A DNA stretch of 64,000 nucleotides from an uncultured Pelagibacteraceae bacterium. Its GTDB lineage: Bacteria > Pseudomonadota > Alphaproteobacteria > Pelagibacterales > Pelagibacteraceae. Both the position numbers and the translations under genes were made by a program. Within the stretch, counting starts at the first letter, position 1, and every line of letters starts with the position of its first letter. The stretch spans positions 3,988 through 67,987 of the forward strand of contig CACEOF010000006.1 in NCBI GenBank assembly GCA_902561095.1. Reading direction: 5' to 3'. Of the stretch, positions 22,802-32,639 are shown piece after piece. Below the pieces are notes generated by a model. It saw only the letters and a program-made list of their open reading frames with translations, was not told where the DNA came from and did no database searches.

Positions 22802-24181
22802 TTAAGATGCCGCTCTATTTGCATTTTTTGAATAAGAGCTATTCTTTTTAATCTCATCTGATATTAAAAAAGCCAATTCCAAAGCCTGATTTGAATTCAA
22901 TCTTGGATCGCAATGGGTATGATATCTTGATGATAGATCTTGCTCAGATATTTTTTGAGCACCTCCTATACATTCTGTTACATTTTGACCAGTAAGCTCA
23001 ATATGAAGGCCTCCTGCATAGCTTCCTTCACTTTGATGGCAAGCAAAAACATCTTTAACTTCTTTTAAAACTCTGTTGAAAGGTCTTGTTTTAAATCCTG
23101 TAACTGCTTGTATAGTATTCCCATGACATGGATCACAAGACCAAATTACATTAAGTCCTTCTTTTTTAATTGCTCTAATAAGTTTAGGTAAATGTTTTGA
23201 TACGTTATCTGCTCCAAATCTTGATATTAAAGTAATTTTACCTTTTTCATTTGATGGATTAATTCTATTACACAAATTAATGAGATCATCAGCTTTTAAA
23301 GTTGGTCCACATTTAATTCCAATTGGGTTTTCTATTCCTCTGCAAAATTCAACATGTCCACCATCTAATTGTCTAGTTCTATCTCCAATCCAAACAAAAT
23401 GAGCTGAAGTATCATGATACTCACCAGTAGTAGAATCTATTCTTGTCATTGACTCTTCAAAAGGCAATAATAATGCCTCATGTGACGTCCAAAAATTAAC
23501 AGTGTACAGTCTGTTATTAAAATCTGATGTAATTCCACATGCTCTCATAAAAGCTATGGCATCAGCAATTTTGTCTTCAAGGTCTTTAAATTTTTTAGCT
23601 TGTGGACTTTTTTTAATATAATCTAAGTTCCATAAATGTACTTTGTTTAAATCTGCAAAACCTCCTTTTGAAAACGCTCTTATAAGATTAAGTGTTGCAG
23701 CTGATTGAGAATAAGCTTTAAATAATCTTTTAGGATCAGGAATTCTTGCTTTTTCAGTAAATTCCATTCCATTAATATTGTCTCCTAAATAACTAGGAAG
23801 CTCGACACCATTTTTTGTTTCAACTGGTGAACTTCTTGGTTTTGAAAATTGACCAGCTATTCTTCCAAGTTTCACAACTGGTAAGGAGGCTGAGTATGTT
23901 AAAACTAAAGACATCTGTAACAGTAGTTTAAATGTATCTCTTATATTATCTGGATTGAATTCAGCAAAACTTTCAGCACAATCTCCACCTTGAAGAAGAA
24001 AAGCTTTTCCGTCAACAACATCTGAGAGTTGTTCTTTTAAGTGTCTAGTCTCTCCAGCAAAAACTAATGGAGGAAATGTACCGATTTTATCTAGAACTGC
24101 ATCCAGCTCTTTTTTATCTGGATACTCTGGTATGTGTTTAACAGGGAACTTTCTCCAACTATTTTTTTTCCAATTTTTCAT
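22802..24181 (-). CDS. Class II DAHP synthase
   Basis: LLQGGDCAE, GRIAGQFSKPRS, WIGDRTRQ, CDPRLN. Confidence 0.94.
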   Translation of the reverse strand: MKNWKKNSWRKFPVKHIPEYPDKKELDAVLDKIGTFPPLVFAGETRHLKEQLSDVVDGKAFLLQGGDCAESFAEFNPDNIRDTFKLLLQMSLVLTYSASLPVVKLGRIAGQFSKPRSSPVETKNGVELPSYLGDNINGMEFTEKARIPDPKRLFKAYSQSAATLNLIRAFSKGGFADLNKVHLWNLDYIKKSPQAKKFKDLEDKIADAIAFMRACGITSDFNNRLYTVNFWTSHEALLLPFEESMTRIDSTTGEYHDTSAHFVWIGDRTRQLDGGHVEFCRGIENPIGIKCGPTLKADDLINLCNRINPSNEKGKITLISRFGADNVSKHLPKLIRAIKKEGLNVIWSCDPCHGNTIQAVTGFKTRPFNRVLKEVKDVFACHQSEGSYAGGLHIELTGQNVTECIGGAQKISEQDLSSRYHTHCDPRLNSNQALELAFLISDEIKKNSSYSKNANRAAS

Positions 24182-24216
24182 ATGCAACCTGAAAGTGTTT
24201 TAACAGAGTTTATACT

Positions 24217-26037
24217 TTATTCAACAGTGACAGATTTAGCCAAATTTCTTGGCTTATCGATGTCATATCCTTTTTTTAAAGCTGAATAATAAGCTAGTTT
24301 TTGGAGAGGTATAGTTAAAAGAAAAGGTAATAGATCCTCATTTGTATTTTCAACTTCAATTGTTTCCCAAATATTCTCAGAAATAATTTCATCTTTACTT
24401 TTGTTTGTAATTAATAAAACTTTTGCTCCTCTCGCTATTACTTCCTGCATATTTGAAATAGTTTTTTTATAATAATTATCTCTTGGAGCCAAAACTACTA
24501 CGGGCATTCCATCCTCGATCAATGCTAATGGACCATGCTTCATTTCACCAGCTGGATAGCCTTCTGCATGAACATAGGATAATTCTTTTAATTTTAATGC
24601 ACCTTCAAGAGCAATTGGGTAAGAAAAACCTCTACCCAAAAACATTGAGCCTTTTACTTCATTAAATGTCGAGGATATAGCTTGAATATCGTTATCTATT
24701 AACAAAGATTTTTCAATTAAACTTGGCAAGTTTAATAACTCTTTAACCTTATCCTTATAAGTGTTTTTATTAATTTCATTTCTCAGCGATCCAAATTTTA
24801 AAGATAAAATATATAGAATAAGTATTTGTCCTAAAAAAGCTTTAGTAGATGCGACACCAATTTCTGGACCACAATGAATTGGTAATACAAAATTTGCATC
24901 TCTTGCTATAGAACTTTCTATTACATTTACTACTGCACAAGTTTTCATGTTATTTCTTTTACATAGATCTAGTGCTGCGTAGGTATCTGCTGTTTCTCCT
25001 GATTGTGAAACAAATATATATAAAGAGTCCTTTTTGAATCTATTTTTTCTGTATCTAAACTCTGAAGCAATATCAATATTTATATCAAGTTTTGTTAACT
25101 CCTCAAACCAGTATTTTGCCATCATACAAGAATGATAAGCTGTACCACAACCTATTAAGGTAATTGAATTAATCTCACTTATTTTCCATGGAAAATTATA
25201 AATATTTATCTCTGAATTTGTTTTATCTATATATTCTTTAATACCTGTCTTAATTGTTATTGGCTGTTCTTCGATTTCTTTAGCCATAAAATGTTTAAAA
25301 TCACCTTTTTCATAACTAACTTCGTTTGATGAAAGCTTTAAAATTTTCTTATTTATCTTTATTCCATCTTCATTAAAAAAAAGAACTTGGTCCTTTTTAA
25401 TAATGCAAAACTCTCCATCATCAAGGTATGTAATTTTATTTGTCATTGCTTTTAATGCATAAGAATCTGATCCTAGATAGTTTTCATTTGGCCCATAGCC
25501 AACAGCTAAGGGTGAGCCTCTTCTTGCTCCAACTATTAAGTCAGGAATATCTTTAAAAACAATTCCTAACGCAAAGCTACCATGAAGTTGATTTAATGTT
25601 TTGGTTATAGCTATTTCTAGGTCATCAGCTTTTAAATTTTCAGTAATTAGATGAACAATTACCTCAGTATCAGTTTGGGATTTAAATACATGACCTTTGG
25701 TTGTTAAATATTTTTTTAATATTGTTGAGTTTTCAATAATTCCATTATGAACAACAGACACATTATGAGATGAGTGTGGATGAGCATTAACGCTATTTGG
25801 CTTTCCATGTGTAGCCCATCTAACATGACCAATTCCAATATTACCTTTTAAATTTTTTAAATCAAAATTTTGCTCTAAAGTATCCACTCTACCCTCGGAC
25901 TTTACCTCTTTTATTTCTCCCTCAAAAAGAGTTGCAATTCCAGCAGAGTCATAACCTCTATATTCAAGTTTTTTTAGTGAATTAATGATACTTGCAGACA
26001 CAGACTTGTTACTTGAAATACCTATGATACCACACAT
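24217..26037 (-). CDS. glmS: Glutamine-fructose-6-phosphate aminotransferase
   Basis: MCGIIG, RWATHG, SQSGET, PRNLAKSVTVE. Confidence 0.97.
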   Translation of the reverse strand: MCGIIGISSNKSVSASIINSLKKLEYRGYDSAGIATLFEGEIKEVKSEGRVDTLEQNFDLKNLKGNIGIGHVRWATHGKPNSVNAHPHSSHNVSVVHNGIIENSTILKKYLTTKGHVFKSQTDTEVIVHLITENLKADDLEIAITKTLNQLHGSFALGIVFKDIPDLIVGARRGSPLAVGYGPNENYLGSDSYALKAMTNKITYLDDGEFCIIKKDQVLFFNEDGIKINKKILKLSSNEVSYEKGDFKHFMAKEIEEQPITIKTGIKEYIDKTNSEINIYNFPWKISEINSITLIGCGTAYHSCMMAKYWFEELTKLDINIDIASEFRYRKNRFKKDSLYIFVSQSGETADTYAALDLCKRNNMKTCAVVNVIESSIARDANFVLPIHCGPEIGVASTKAFLGQILILYILSLKFGSLRNEINKNTYKDKVKELLNLPSLIEKSLLIDNDIQAISSTFNEVKGSMFLGRGFSYPIALEGALKLKELSYVHAEGYPAGEMKHGPLALIEDGMPVVVLAPRDNYYKKTISNMQEVIARGAKVLLITNKSKDEIISENIWETIEVENTNEDLLPFLLTIPLQKLAYYSALKKGYDIDKPRNLAKSVTVE

Positions 26038-26040
26038 GAT

Positions 26041-26661
26041 TTATTTTTTTCTTTTATAATTTTTAAGTTCTATTTGTAAAGATCTAGTTAGCGCTAAGGA
26101 TTTCTTAGATACATTTTTTGTTATAACTGAACCTGCTCCCACAATACTTTCATTATCAATTGTTACTGGTGCAACTAATGAGGAATTAGATCCTATAAAA
26201 ACTTTATCTTTAATTTTTGTTTTATTTTTTTTAATACCATTATAGTTACAAGTGATTGTACCAGCCCCAACGTTTACAGATTTACCAATTTCTGTATCAC
26301 CAATATAAGATAAATGGCTTACCTTTGATTTTTTTCCAACAGTGCTTTTTTTAACCTCAACAAAATTTCCTATTTTAGAACCTTCTTTTAAAATTGTATC
26401 TGGTCTAATTCTTGCGAAGGGACCAATTTCAACTTTGTTCTCAATTTTACATGCTTCTAAATGTGAGAAAGATTTAATTATGACATTGTTACCAATTTTC
26501 ACCTTAGGACCAAAAACTACATAAGGCTCAATAGAAACGTTGTTTCCAATTTTTGTATCTTTAGAAAAGAAAATTGTCTCAGGTCCTAACATTTTAACAC
26601 CTGCTTTTATAAATTTATTTCTAAACTTATTTTGAATTTTTTGTGAATTTAAAGGTTTCAT
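26041..26661 (-). CDS. glmU: GlmU C-terminal acetyltransferase domain only (glucosamine-1-P N-acetyltransferase)
   Basis: Hexapeptide repeats, GPFARIRP, GNFVEVK, HLSYIGD, GTITCNY. 206 aa with no uridyltransferase domain. Confidence 0.82.
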   Translation of the reverse strand: MKPLNSQKIQNKFRNKFIKAGVKMLGPETIFFSKDTKIGNNVSIEPYVVFGPKVKIGNNVIIKSFSHLEACKIENKVEIGPFARIRPDTILKEGSKIGNFVEVKKSTVGKKSKVSHLSYIGDTEIGKSVNVGAGTITCNYNGIKKNKTKIKDKVFIGSNSSLVAPVTIDNESIVGAGSVITKNVSKKSLALTRSLQIELKNYKRKK

Positions 26662-26730
26662 TTAATTTTTGTTTACATTAAGTATATGATTTAATTAATT
26701 CACAAATTATTTCTTTAAAATACTTTTATT

Positions 26731-27411
26731 ATGAAACAAAAATTCACCATTTTATTTGATCTTGATGGTACCCTTGTTGATACAGCACCAGATTTAATGC
26801 ATGCTCACAATCATGTCATGAAAAAATTCGGATATCCTAGCAAATCTTTAGCTGAATTAAAAAAATCAGTTGGTAAAGGCGCAGGTGCTATGATTGGAAG
26901 ATCTATATGGAGTCAAGCAAAAAAAGAGTTAACAACTATTAATGAAAAAATTAAAAACAAAATGACTGACGAGTTTATATCCTACTATGGAAAAAATATT
27001 TTAAATGAAAGTAAATTAATAATTGGTGTAGTAGATTTTCTAAATTGGTGTAAGAAAGAAAATATTTCTATGGCTGTATGCACAAATAAAACAGAACATC
27101 TTGCTGTTGATTTATTAAAAAAAATTAAAATATACGATTATTTTGAATTTGTCGCAGGATTTAATACTTTTGAATATTGCAAGCCTGATCCACGACATTT
27201 AACTTCTGTGATTGAAATTTTAGAAGGAGAGAAAAATAAATCTTTAATGATTGGTGACAGTGAAAGTGATGCGAACGCAGCAAAAGCTGCGGAAATTCCA
27301 ATGATTTTGTTGGAAGATGGATATACAGAAAAAAACGTTGATGAAATTTATCATAATCATTTAATAAGAGACTTTAATGGGATTGAAAAAATAGTATCAA
27401 AATATCTTTAA
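26731..27411 (+). CDS. gph: HAD hydrolase, phosphoglycolate phosphatase-like
   Basis: FDLDGTLVD, TNK, KPDP, IGDS. Confidence 0.8.
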   Translation: MKQKFTILFDLDGTLVDTAPDLMHAHNHVMKKFGYPSKSLAELKKSVGKGAGAMIGRSIWSQAKKELTTINEKIKNKMTDEFISYYGKNILNESKLIIGVVDFLNWCKKENISMAVCTNKTEHLAVDLLKKIKIYDYFEFVAGFNTFEYCKPDPRHLTSVIEILEGEKNKSLMIGDSESDANAAKAAEIPMILLEDGYTEKNVDEIYHNHLIRDFNGIEKIVSKYL

Positions 27412-27469
27412 TATTGATTAATTTAATTTAAACATTAAAACCATCTTAGTTATTATAGGAGTTAGCAAA

Positions 27470-28366
27470 TTGCACTTTGTAGACAAAAAACCTGCTCAAA
27501 AAAGAATTGATTTTGACAATAAATTAAGATCAAAAAAAATACTAAGGGTACCAGGCGCATATAACCCATTAACAGCAAAACTTGTTGAGGAAATAGGATA
27601 TGATGCTGTTTATGTTTCGGGTGGAGTGATGGCGAATGATCTTGGTTTCCCTGACATAGGGCTTACAACTTTACAGGATGTAAGTACTAGGTCTTTTTTA
27701 ATATCGAGAGTAACAAATCTACCTACTATTGTTGATATTGATACAGGATTTAAGTCTTGCAAAGAAACAATTGAAACATTCGAGGAATTTGGAATAACAG
27801 GAGTTCATTTAGAAGATCAAATTGAAAGAAAAAGATGCGGTCACTTAGATAATAAAGAACTTATTTCAACGGACGCTATGGTAAAAAAAATAAAAGAGTG
27901 CGTAACTGCTAAAAAAGACCAAAATTTTAAAATTATTGCAAGATCAGACGCAAAAAGTGTTGAGGGAATAGATAAAATGATTGATAGATGTAAAGCATAT
28001 GTAGATGCAGGAGCAGAAATTATTTTTCCTGAGGCACTACAAGATGAAAAAGATTTTGAAAAAGTAAGAAAAGAAGTTAATTGCTATTTATTGGCCAATA
28101 TGACTGAATTTGGCAAATCAAAGCTTTTTAACTACAAAGAATTAGAAAACATTGGATTTAATATCGTTATTTATCCTGTAACTACTCAAAGATTGGCAAT
28201 GAAAAATGTAGAGGATGGTTTGAGAGACATTTATGCAAATGGACACCAGAATAACATAATAGATAAGATGCAAACTAGAAAAAGACTTTATGAGCTAGTT
28301 GAATATGAAAAATATAATTCCCTAGATGAAAAAATTTACAACTTTAGTACAGAAGGGCACGAATAA
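27470..28366 (+). CDS. prpB: 2-methylisocitrate lyase
   Basis: KRCGH, PDIG, NMTEFGKS. AGGAG upstream of a TTG start. Confidence 0.92.
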   Translation: MHFVDKKPAQKRIDFDNKLRSKKILRVPGAYNPLTAKLVEEIGYDAVYVSGGVMANDLGFPDIGLTTLQDVSTRSFLISRVTNLPTIVDIDTGFKSCKETIETFEEFGITGVHLEDQIERKRCGHLDNKELISTDAMVKKIKECVTAKKDQNFKIIARSDAKSVEGIDKMIDRCKAYVDAGAEIIFPEALQDEKDFEKVRKEVNCYLLANMTEFGKSKLFNYKELENIGFNIVIYPVTTQRLAMKNVEDGLRDIYANGHQNNIIDKMQTRKRLYELVEYEKYNSLDEKIYNFSTEGHE

Positions 28367-29490
28367 TGAGTGAAGATATTAAAAAAGGATTATTAGGAAT
28401 TGTTGTTGATGAAACTGAAGTCTCTAAAGTTATGCCAGAAATTAATTCTCTGACTTATAGAGGTTATGCTGCGCAAGATTTGTGTGAATACTGCAAATTT
28501 GAGGAAGTAGCTTACTTAATATTAAATAAAGATTTACCAAATACCATAGAGCTTAGGAAATTTGAAAAAGAAGAGAAAAACAATAGAGAATTATCAAAAA
28601 ATTTATATGAAATTATCAAACATATGCCCAAGAAGTCTCATCCAATGGATGTTGCAAGAACAGCTGTGAGCGTTATGGGGTTAGAGGATAAAGAAACTCA
28701 AGATTCTTCTCTTGAAGCAAATATGAGAAAAGCTTTAAGAATATTTGCGAAAACCCCTACTGCACTTGCTGCTTTCTATAGAATAAGAAGTGGTAAAAAA
28801 ATAATTAAACCTAAAAAGAATTTAACATTTGCAGAGAATTTCTTTTATATGTGTTTTGGCAAAGTTCCTCAAAAAGAAATTGTAAAAGCTTTTGATGTAT
28901 CTTTAATTCTTTATGCAGAACACAGTTTTAATGTTTCAACATTTACTGCAAGGACCATAACTAGTAGTTTATCTGATATTCATGGAGCAATAACTGGAGC
29001 AATTGCTAGCTTAAAAGGACCATTACATGGTGGTGCCAATGAAGAGGTTATGCATATGATGAATAAAATTAAAAAACCTGAAAACGCTTTAAAATGGATA
29101 AACAATGCTTTAAAAAATAAAGAAGTAGTTATGGGCTTTGGACACAGAGTTTATAAGTCAGGGGATTCGAGAGTTCCAACCATGAGAAAATATTTTGGAA
29201 AAGTTGCAAAACTTAAAAAAGATAAAAAATTTGAAAAAATTTATGACATTGTTGAAAGAGTTATGATTAAAGAAAAAAATATCCATCCCAACGTTGATTA
29301 TCCTACAGGACCTACTTATCATTTGATGGGATTTGAAACAGATTTTTTTACACCAATTTTTGTTATTTCAAGAATTACAGGTTGGTCTGCTCATATTATG
29401 GAGCAACACGCAGCAAATAAGCTTATTAGACCTTTAGCGAGCTATAAAGGTAACAAGCATAGAAAAGTTTTGCAATTAAATCAAAGATAA
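28366..29490 (+). CDS. prpC: 2-methylcitrate/citrate synthase
   Basis: LTYRGY, GPLHGGANE, GFGHRVY, PNVDY; adjacent to prpB. Confidence 0.88.
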   Translation: MSEDIKKGLLGIVVDETEVSKVMPEINSLTYRGYAAQDLCEYCKFEEVAYLILNKDLPNTIELRKFEKEEKNNRELSKNLYEIIKHMPKKSHPMDVARTAVSVMGLEDKETQDSSLEANMRKALRIFAKTPTALAAFYRIRSGKKIIKPKKNLTFAENFFYMCFGKVPQKEIVKAFDVSLILYAEHSFNVSTFTARTITSSLSDIHGAITGAIASLKGPLHGGANEEVMHMMNKIKKPENALKWINNALKNKEVVMGFGHRVYKSGDSRVPTMRKYFGKVAKLKKDKKFEKIYDIVERVMIKEKNIHPNVDYPTGPTYHLMGFETDFFTPIFVISRITGWSAHIMEQHAANKLIRPLASYKGNKHRKVLQLNQR

Positions 29491-29500
29491 TTTTAAAATA

Positions 29501-30532
29501 CTAACTAAAAGCTTCAACCCATGTTCCTTGAGTCGATGCCTTAGAATATTCTGTTGCACGACCTTCAAAAAAGTTCATATGCTCGACAGCATTAAGCATA
29601 GTATCTAACCAACTCAGTGGATTCTTATCTACATCATAAATTGCCTCTAAGCCAAGTTGAACAAGTCTTCTATTAGCTATAAATCGAATATAACCTTTAA
29701 CATCTTTTGCGGTTAATCCCTCCATTGGACCCATTTCAAAAGCTAAATCAATAAAAGCATCTTCATGCTCTATGATAGTTCTGCAAGCCTCGTAAAGTTC
29801 TTTTTTTAGTTTTGGTGTCCATATCTCAGGATTTTCATTAATGAATTCCTTGAAAACTCTTATCATAGAGTTACAATGAAGAGTTTCATCTCTAACAGAC
29901 CAGGTAACAATTTGGCCCATACCTTTCATTTTATTATGTCTAGGAAAATTTAATAAAATTGCAAAACTTGCAAATAACTGAAGTCCCTCAGTAAACGCAC
30001 TAAATACGGCTACAGTTTTAGCAATATCTTCTTTTGAATTTACATTAAAGTTTTGCATATAATCATATTTATCTTTCATTTCTTTATACTTCATAAAAGC
30101 AGAATATTCAGACTCTGGCATGCCAATGGTATCTAAAAGATGTGAGTAAGCAGCAACATGAACTGTTTCCATTGATGCAAAAGCAGTCATCATCATTAAA
30201 ACTTCAGTAGGTTTAAAAACTGTTGTGTAATGTCTTAAGTAACAATTATTTACTTCAACATCAGCTTGGGTAAAAAATCTAAAAATTTGTGTTAGTAAAT
30301 TTTTTTCAGACTGAGATAAATTTTTTTGCCAATCTCTTACATCATCTCCTAAAGGAACTTCTTCCGGTAACCAATGAATTCTTTGTTGAGTTAACCAAGC
30401 GTCATAACACCAAGGATATCTAAATGGTTTATAAACTGGGTTCTCTACTAATAATCCCATTTTTTTTGGTTGAATAATTTCCTTTTTTTCAGATTGTATG
30501 ATCTCTGAACTTATTTTTTCTGCTACTGACAT
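29501..30532 (-). CDS. nrdB: Class I ribonucleotide reductase beta subunit
   Basis: HWLPEEV, FFTQAD, ETVH..AY, EG..LF, DETLH, NFFE..Y. Confidence 0.94.
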   Translation of the reverse strand: MSVAEKISSEIIQSEKKEIIQPKKMGLLVENPVYKPFRYPWCYDAWLTQQRIHWLPEEVPLGDDVRDWQKNLSQSEKNLLTQIFRFFTQADVEVNNCYLRHYTTVFKPTEVLMMMTAFASMETVHVAAYSHLLDTIGMPESEYSAFMKYKEMKDKYDYMQNFNVNSKEDIAKTVAVFSAFTEGLQLFASFAILLNFPRHNKMKGMGQIVTWSVRDETLHCNSMIRVFKEFINENPEIWTPKLKKELYEACRTIIEHEDAFIDLAFEMGPMEGLTAKDVKGYIRFIANRRLVQLGLEAIYDVDKNPLSWLDTMLNAVEHMNFFEGRATEYSKASTQGTWVEAFS

Positions 30533-32460
30533 GATAAACACTCCTCGTATTCTGTTTCTTCGGTTTTGGTTGATTTATTTTTGTAAACATTGGCCATAAT
30601 ATCTGTTGATTTAGCATCATTGACATTTTCAGCTCTTTGGATTGATTTTGATCTACAGTAGTAAAGGCTTTTTAAACCTTTCTTCCAGGCATCAAAATGA
30701 ATTTTATGAAGTTCTTTCTTATGAACATCAGCGGGTAAAAATAAGTTTACTGATTGTGCTTGAGATATAAATGGAGTTCTATCTCCACTTAGCTCAATAA
30801 TCCAATTTTGGTTTAACTCAAACGCTGTTTTAAAAACATCTTTCTCTAAATCACTTAAAAAGTCTAGATGTGAAACTGAGCCTTGGTTTGTTGTAATACT
30901 TGACCATGTTTCATCGTCATTTTTACCGTGACTATCTAATATCTCCTCTAAGTATCTATTTTTAACATTAAATGAACCTGACAAGGTTTTATGTGTGTAA
31001 CTGTTAGCAGCAATTGGCTCAACTCCTGGTGACGCTCCACCACAAATAATAGAAATTGAAGCTGTTGGTGCTATTGCGGTTTTGTTAGAAAATCTTTCTT
31101 GATAACCGTACTCTGCAGCATCGGGACAAGCACCTCTTTCTTCTGCTAAGTCTTTAGAAGCTTGATTTACTTTAGCATCAATGTCTTTAAATATTTTTTT
31201 ATTCCAAGACTTAGCCATTACAGATTCTAAAGGAATTCTATTTTTTTGTAGAAATGAATGGAAACCCATTACACCTAATCCAACACTTCGTTCTCTTTCT
31301 GCGGAATACTTTGCATCTTTAAATTGATCTGGTGCTTTGTTGATGAAATCTGATAAAACATTATCTAAAAATCTCATGACATCATTAATCATGTTTGGAT
31401 CATCTTTCCATTCATCATATTTTTCTAAATTTAAAGATGACAAACAACAAACTGCTGTTCTATCTCTACCGTCTTTATCTATTCCTGTTGGTAAAGTTAT
31501 TTCGCTGCACAAGTTAGAAGTTTTAACTGTCAGATTAGCTAATTTATGATGCTGTGGTATTTGTCTATTAACGGTATCAATATAAATTATGTATGGTTCA
31601 CCAGTCTCTATTCTAGCAGTTAATAATCTTATCCATAAATTTCTTGCTGAAATAGTTTGTTGGACTGTTCCGTCTGCAGGACTCTTTAATGCCCATTGTT
31701 CGTCTGTTTCAACAGCTCTCATGAATGCATCTGAAACTAAAACACCGTGATGTAAATTTAATGCTTTTCTGTTTGGGTCTCCACCTGTTGGTCTTCTCAT
31801 TTCTATAAACTCTTCTATCTCAGGATGATCAACTGGAAGATAACAAGCAGCAGAACCTCTTCTTAAAGAGCCTTGGCTAATAGCCATAGTTAAAGAGTCC
31901 ATAACTTTAATAAATGGAATTATTCCTGAAGTCTTTCCAACTTTACCAATTTTTTCACCAATAGATCTTAGGTTGCCCCAATAACTTCCAATACCACCAC
32001 CTTTAGCTGCAAGCCAAACATTTTCGCTCCACAAATCTAATATGCCTCCTAAACTATCTGACGCTTCATTTAAAAAACAAGAAATAGGTAATCCTCTTTT
32101 GGTTCCTCCATTTGACAAAACTGGAGTTGCTGGCATAAACCAAAGATTACTTATGTAGTTATAAATTCTTTGAGCATGAAGATTGTCATCAGCGTATGAG
32201 CTTGCAACCCTAGCAAATAGATCTTGAAAAGATTCGTTGTGACCAAGATATCTGTCTTTTAAAGTTGCTTTACCAAAGTCAGTTAAATTTTTATCTTTTG
32301 AACGATCAATCTTTATAATAATACCCTTGTCATTTTGAAATAGTTCCGTTTCGTTATTTAATGAGAAAAGATCGGGCCTTTTATCTTTTGAAACTTCATT
32401 AACTTGAGGGCTATATTCAGAGACAGCTTTCTTTAGGGCCTGCGATAAAATTTTGTTCAT
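30523..32460 (-). CDS. nrdA: Class I ribonucleotide reductase alpha subunit (no ATP cone evident)
   Basis: PATP, SCF, SNLCSEI, IAPTASIS, KSLYY, C-terminal CLSCQ. Probable start ATG 32460. Confidence 0.94.
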   Translation of the reverse strand: MNKILSQALKKAVSEYSPQVNEVSKDKRPDLFSLNNETELFQNDKGIIIKIDRSKDKNLTDFGKATLKDRYLGHNESFQDLFARVASSYADDNLHAQRIYNYISNLWFMPATPVLSNGGTKRGLPISCFLNEASDSLGGILDLWSENVWLAAKGGGIGSYWGNLRSIGEKIGKVGKTSGIIPFIKVMDSLTMAISQGSLRRGSAACYLPVDHPEIEEFIEMRRPTGGDPNRKALNLHHGVLVSDAFMRAVETDEQWALKSPADGTVQQTISARNLWIRLLTARIETGEPYIIYIDTVNRQIPQHHKLANLTVKTSNLCSEITLPTGIDKDGRDRTAVCCLSSLNLEKYDEWKDDPNMINDVMRFLDNVLSDFINKAPDQFKDAKYSAERERSVGLGVMGFHSFLQKNRIPLESVMAKSWNKKIFKDIDAKVNQASKDLAEERGACPDAAEYGYQERFSNKTAIAPTASISIICGGASPGVEPIAANSYTHKTLSGSFNVKNRYLEEILDSHGKNDDETWSSITTNQGSVSHLDFLSDLEKDVFKTAFELNQNWIIELSGDRTPFISQAQSVNLFLPADVHKKELHKIHFDAWKKGLKSLYYCRSKSIQRAENVNDAKSTDIMANVYKNKSTKTEETEYEECLSCQ

Positions 32461-32493
32461 ATCTCTTATTATATTTAGTTTATTTAACGAAAA

Positions 32494-32540
32494 CAACTAC
32501 ATGTTGTAGGCGTTTTGACTTAATATACTATATAATCATT
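32494..32540. promoter_or_regulatory. Candidate tandem NrdR boxes upstream of nrdA
   Basis: Cores CTACATGTTG (32497) and CTATATAATC (32528) each match 8/10 of CWATATATWG and are 31 bp apart. A weaker core TTATATTTAG sits at 32469. Confidence 0.55.
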
Positions 32541-32639
32541 AAATCAATAGAACATTTATAGAACATGATAAATTATATATCAATAAAAAAAATTAAAAAA
32601 TTAGGGTTAATTAACATAAAAGATATAAAAAATTATCAA

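Noticed and set aside
32461-32639. N-terminal extensions of nrdA and pgm in the ORF track (likewise cinA, sfsA, tctA, DUF779)
   Set aside because: These are longest-ORF artefacts that run over promoter or hairpin sequence; downstream ATGs fit the family starts better.
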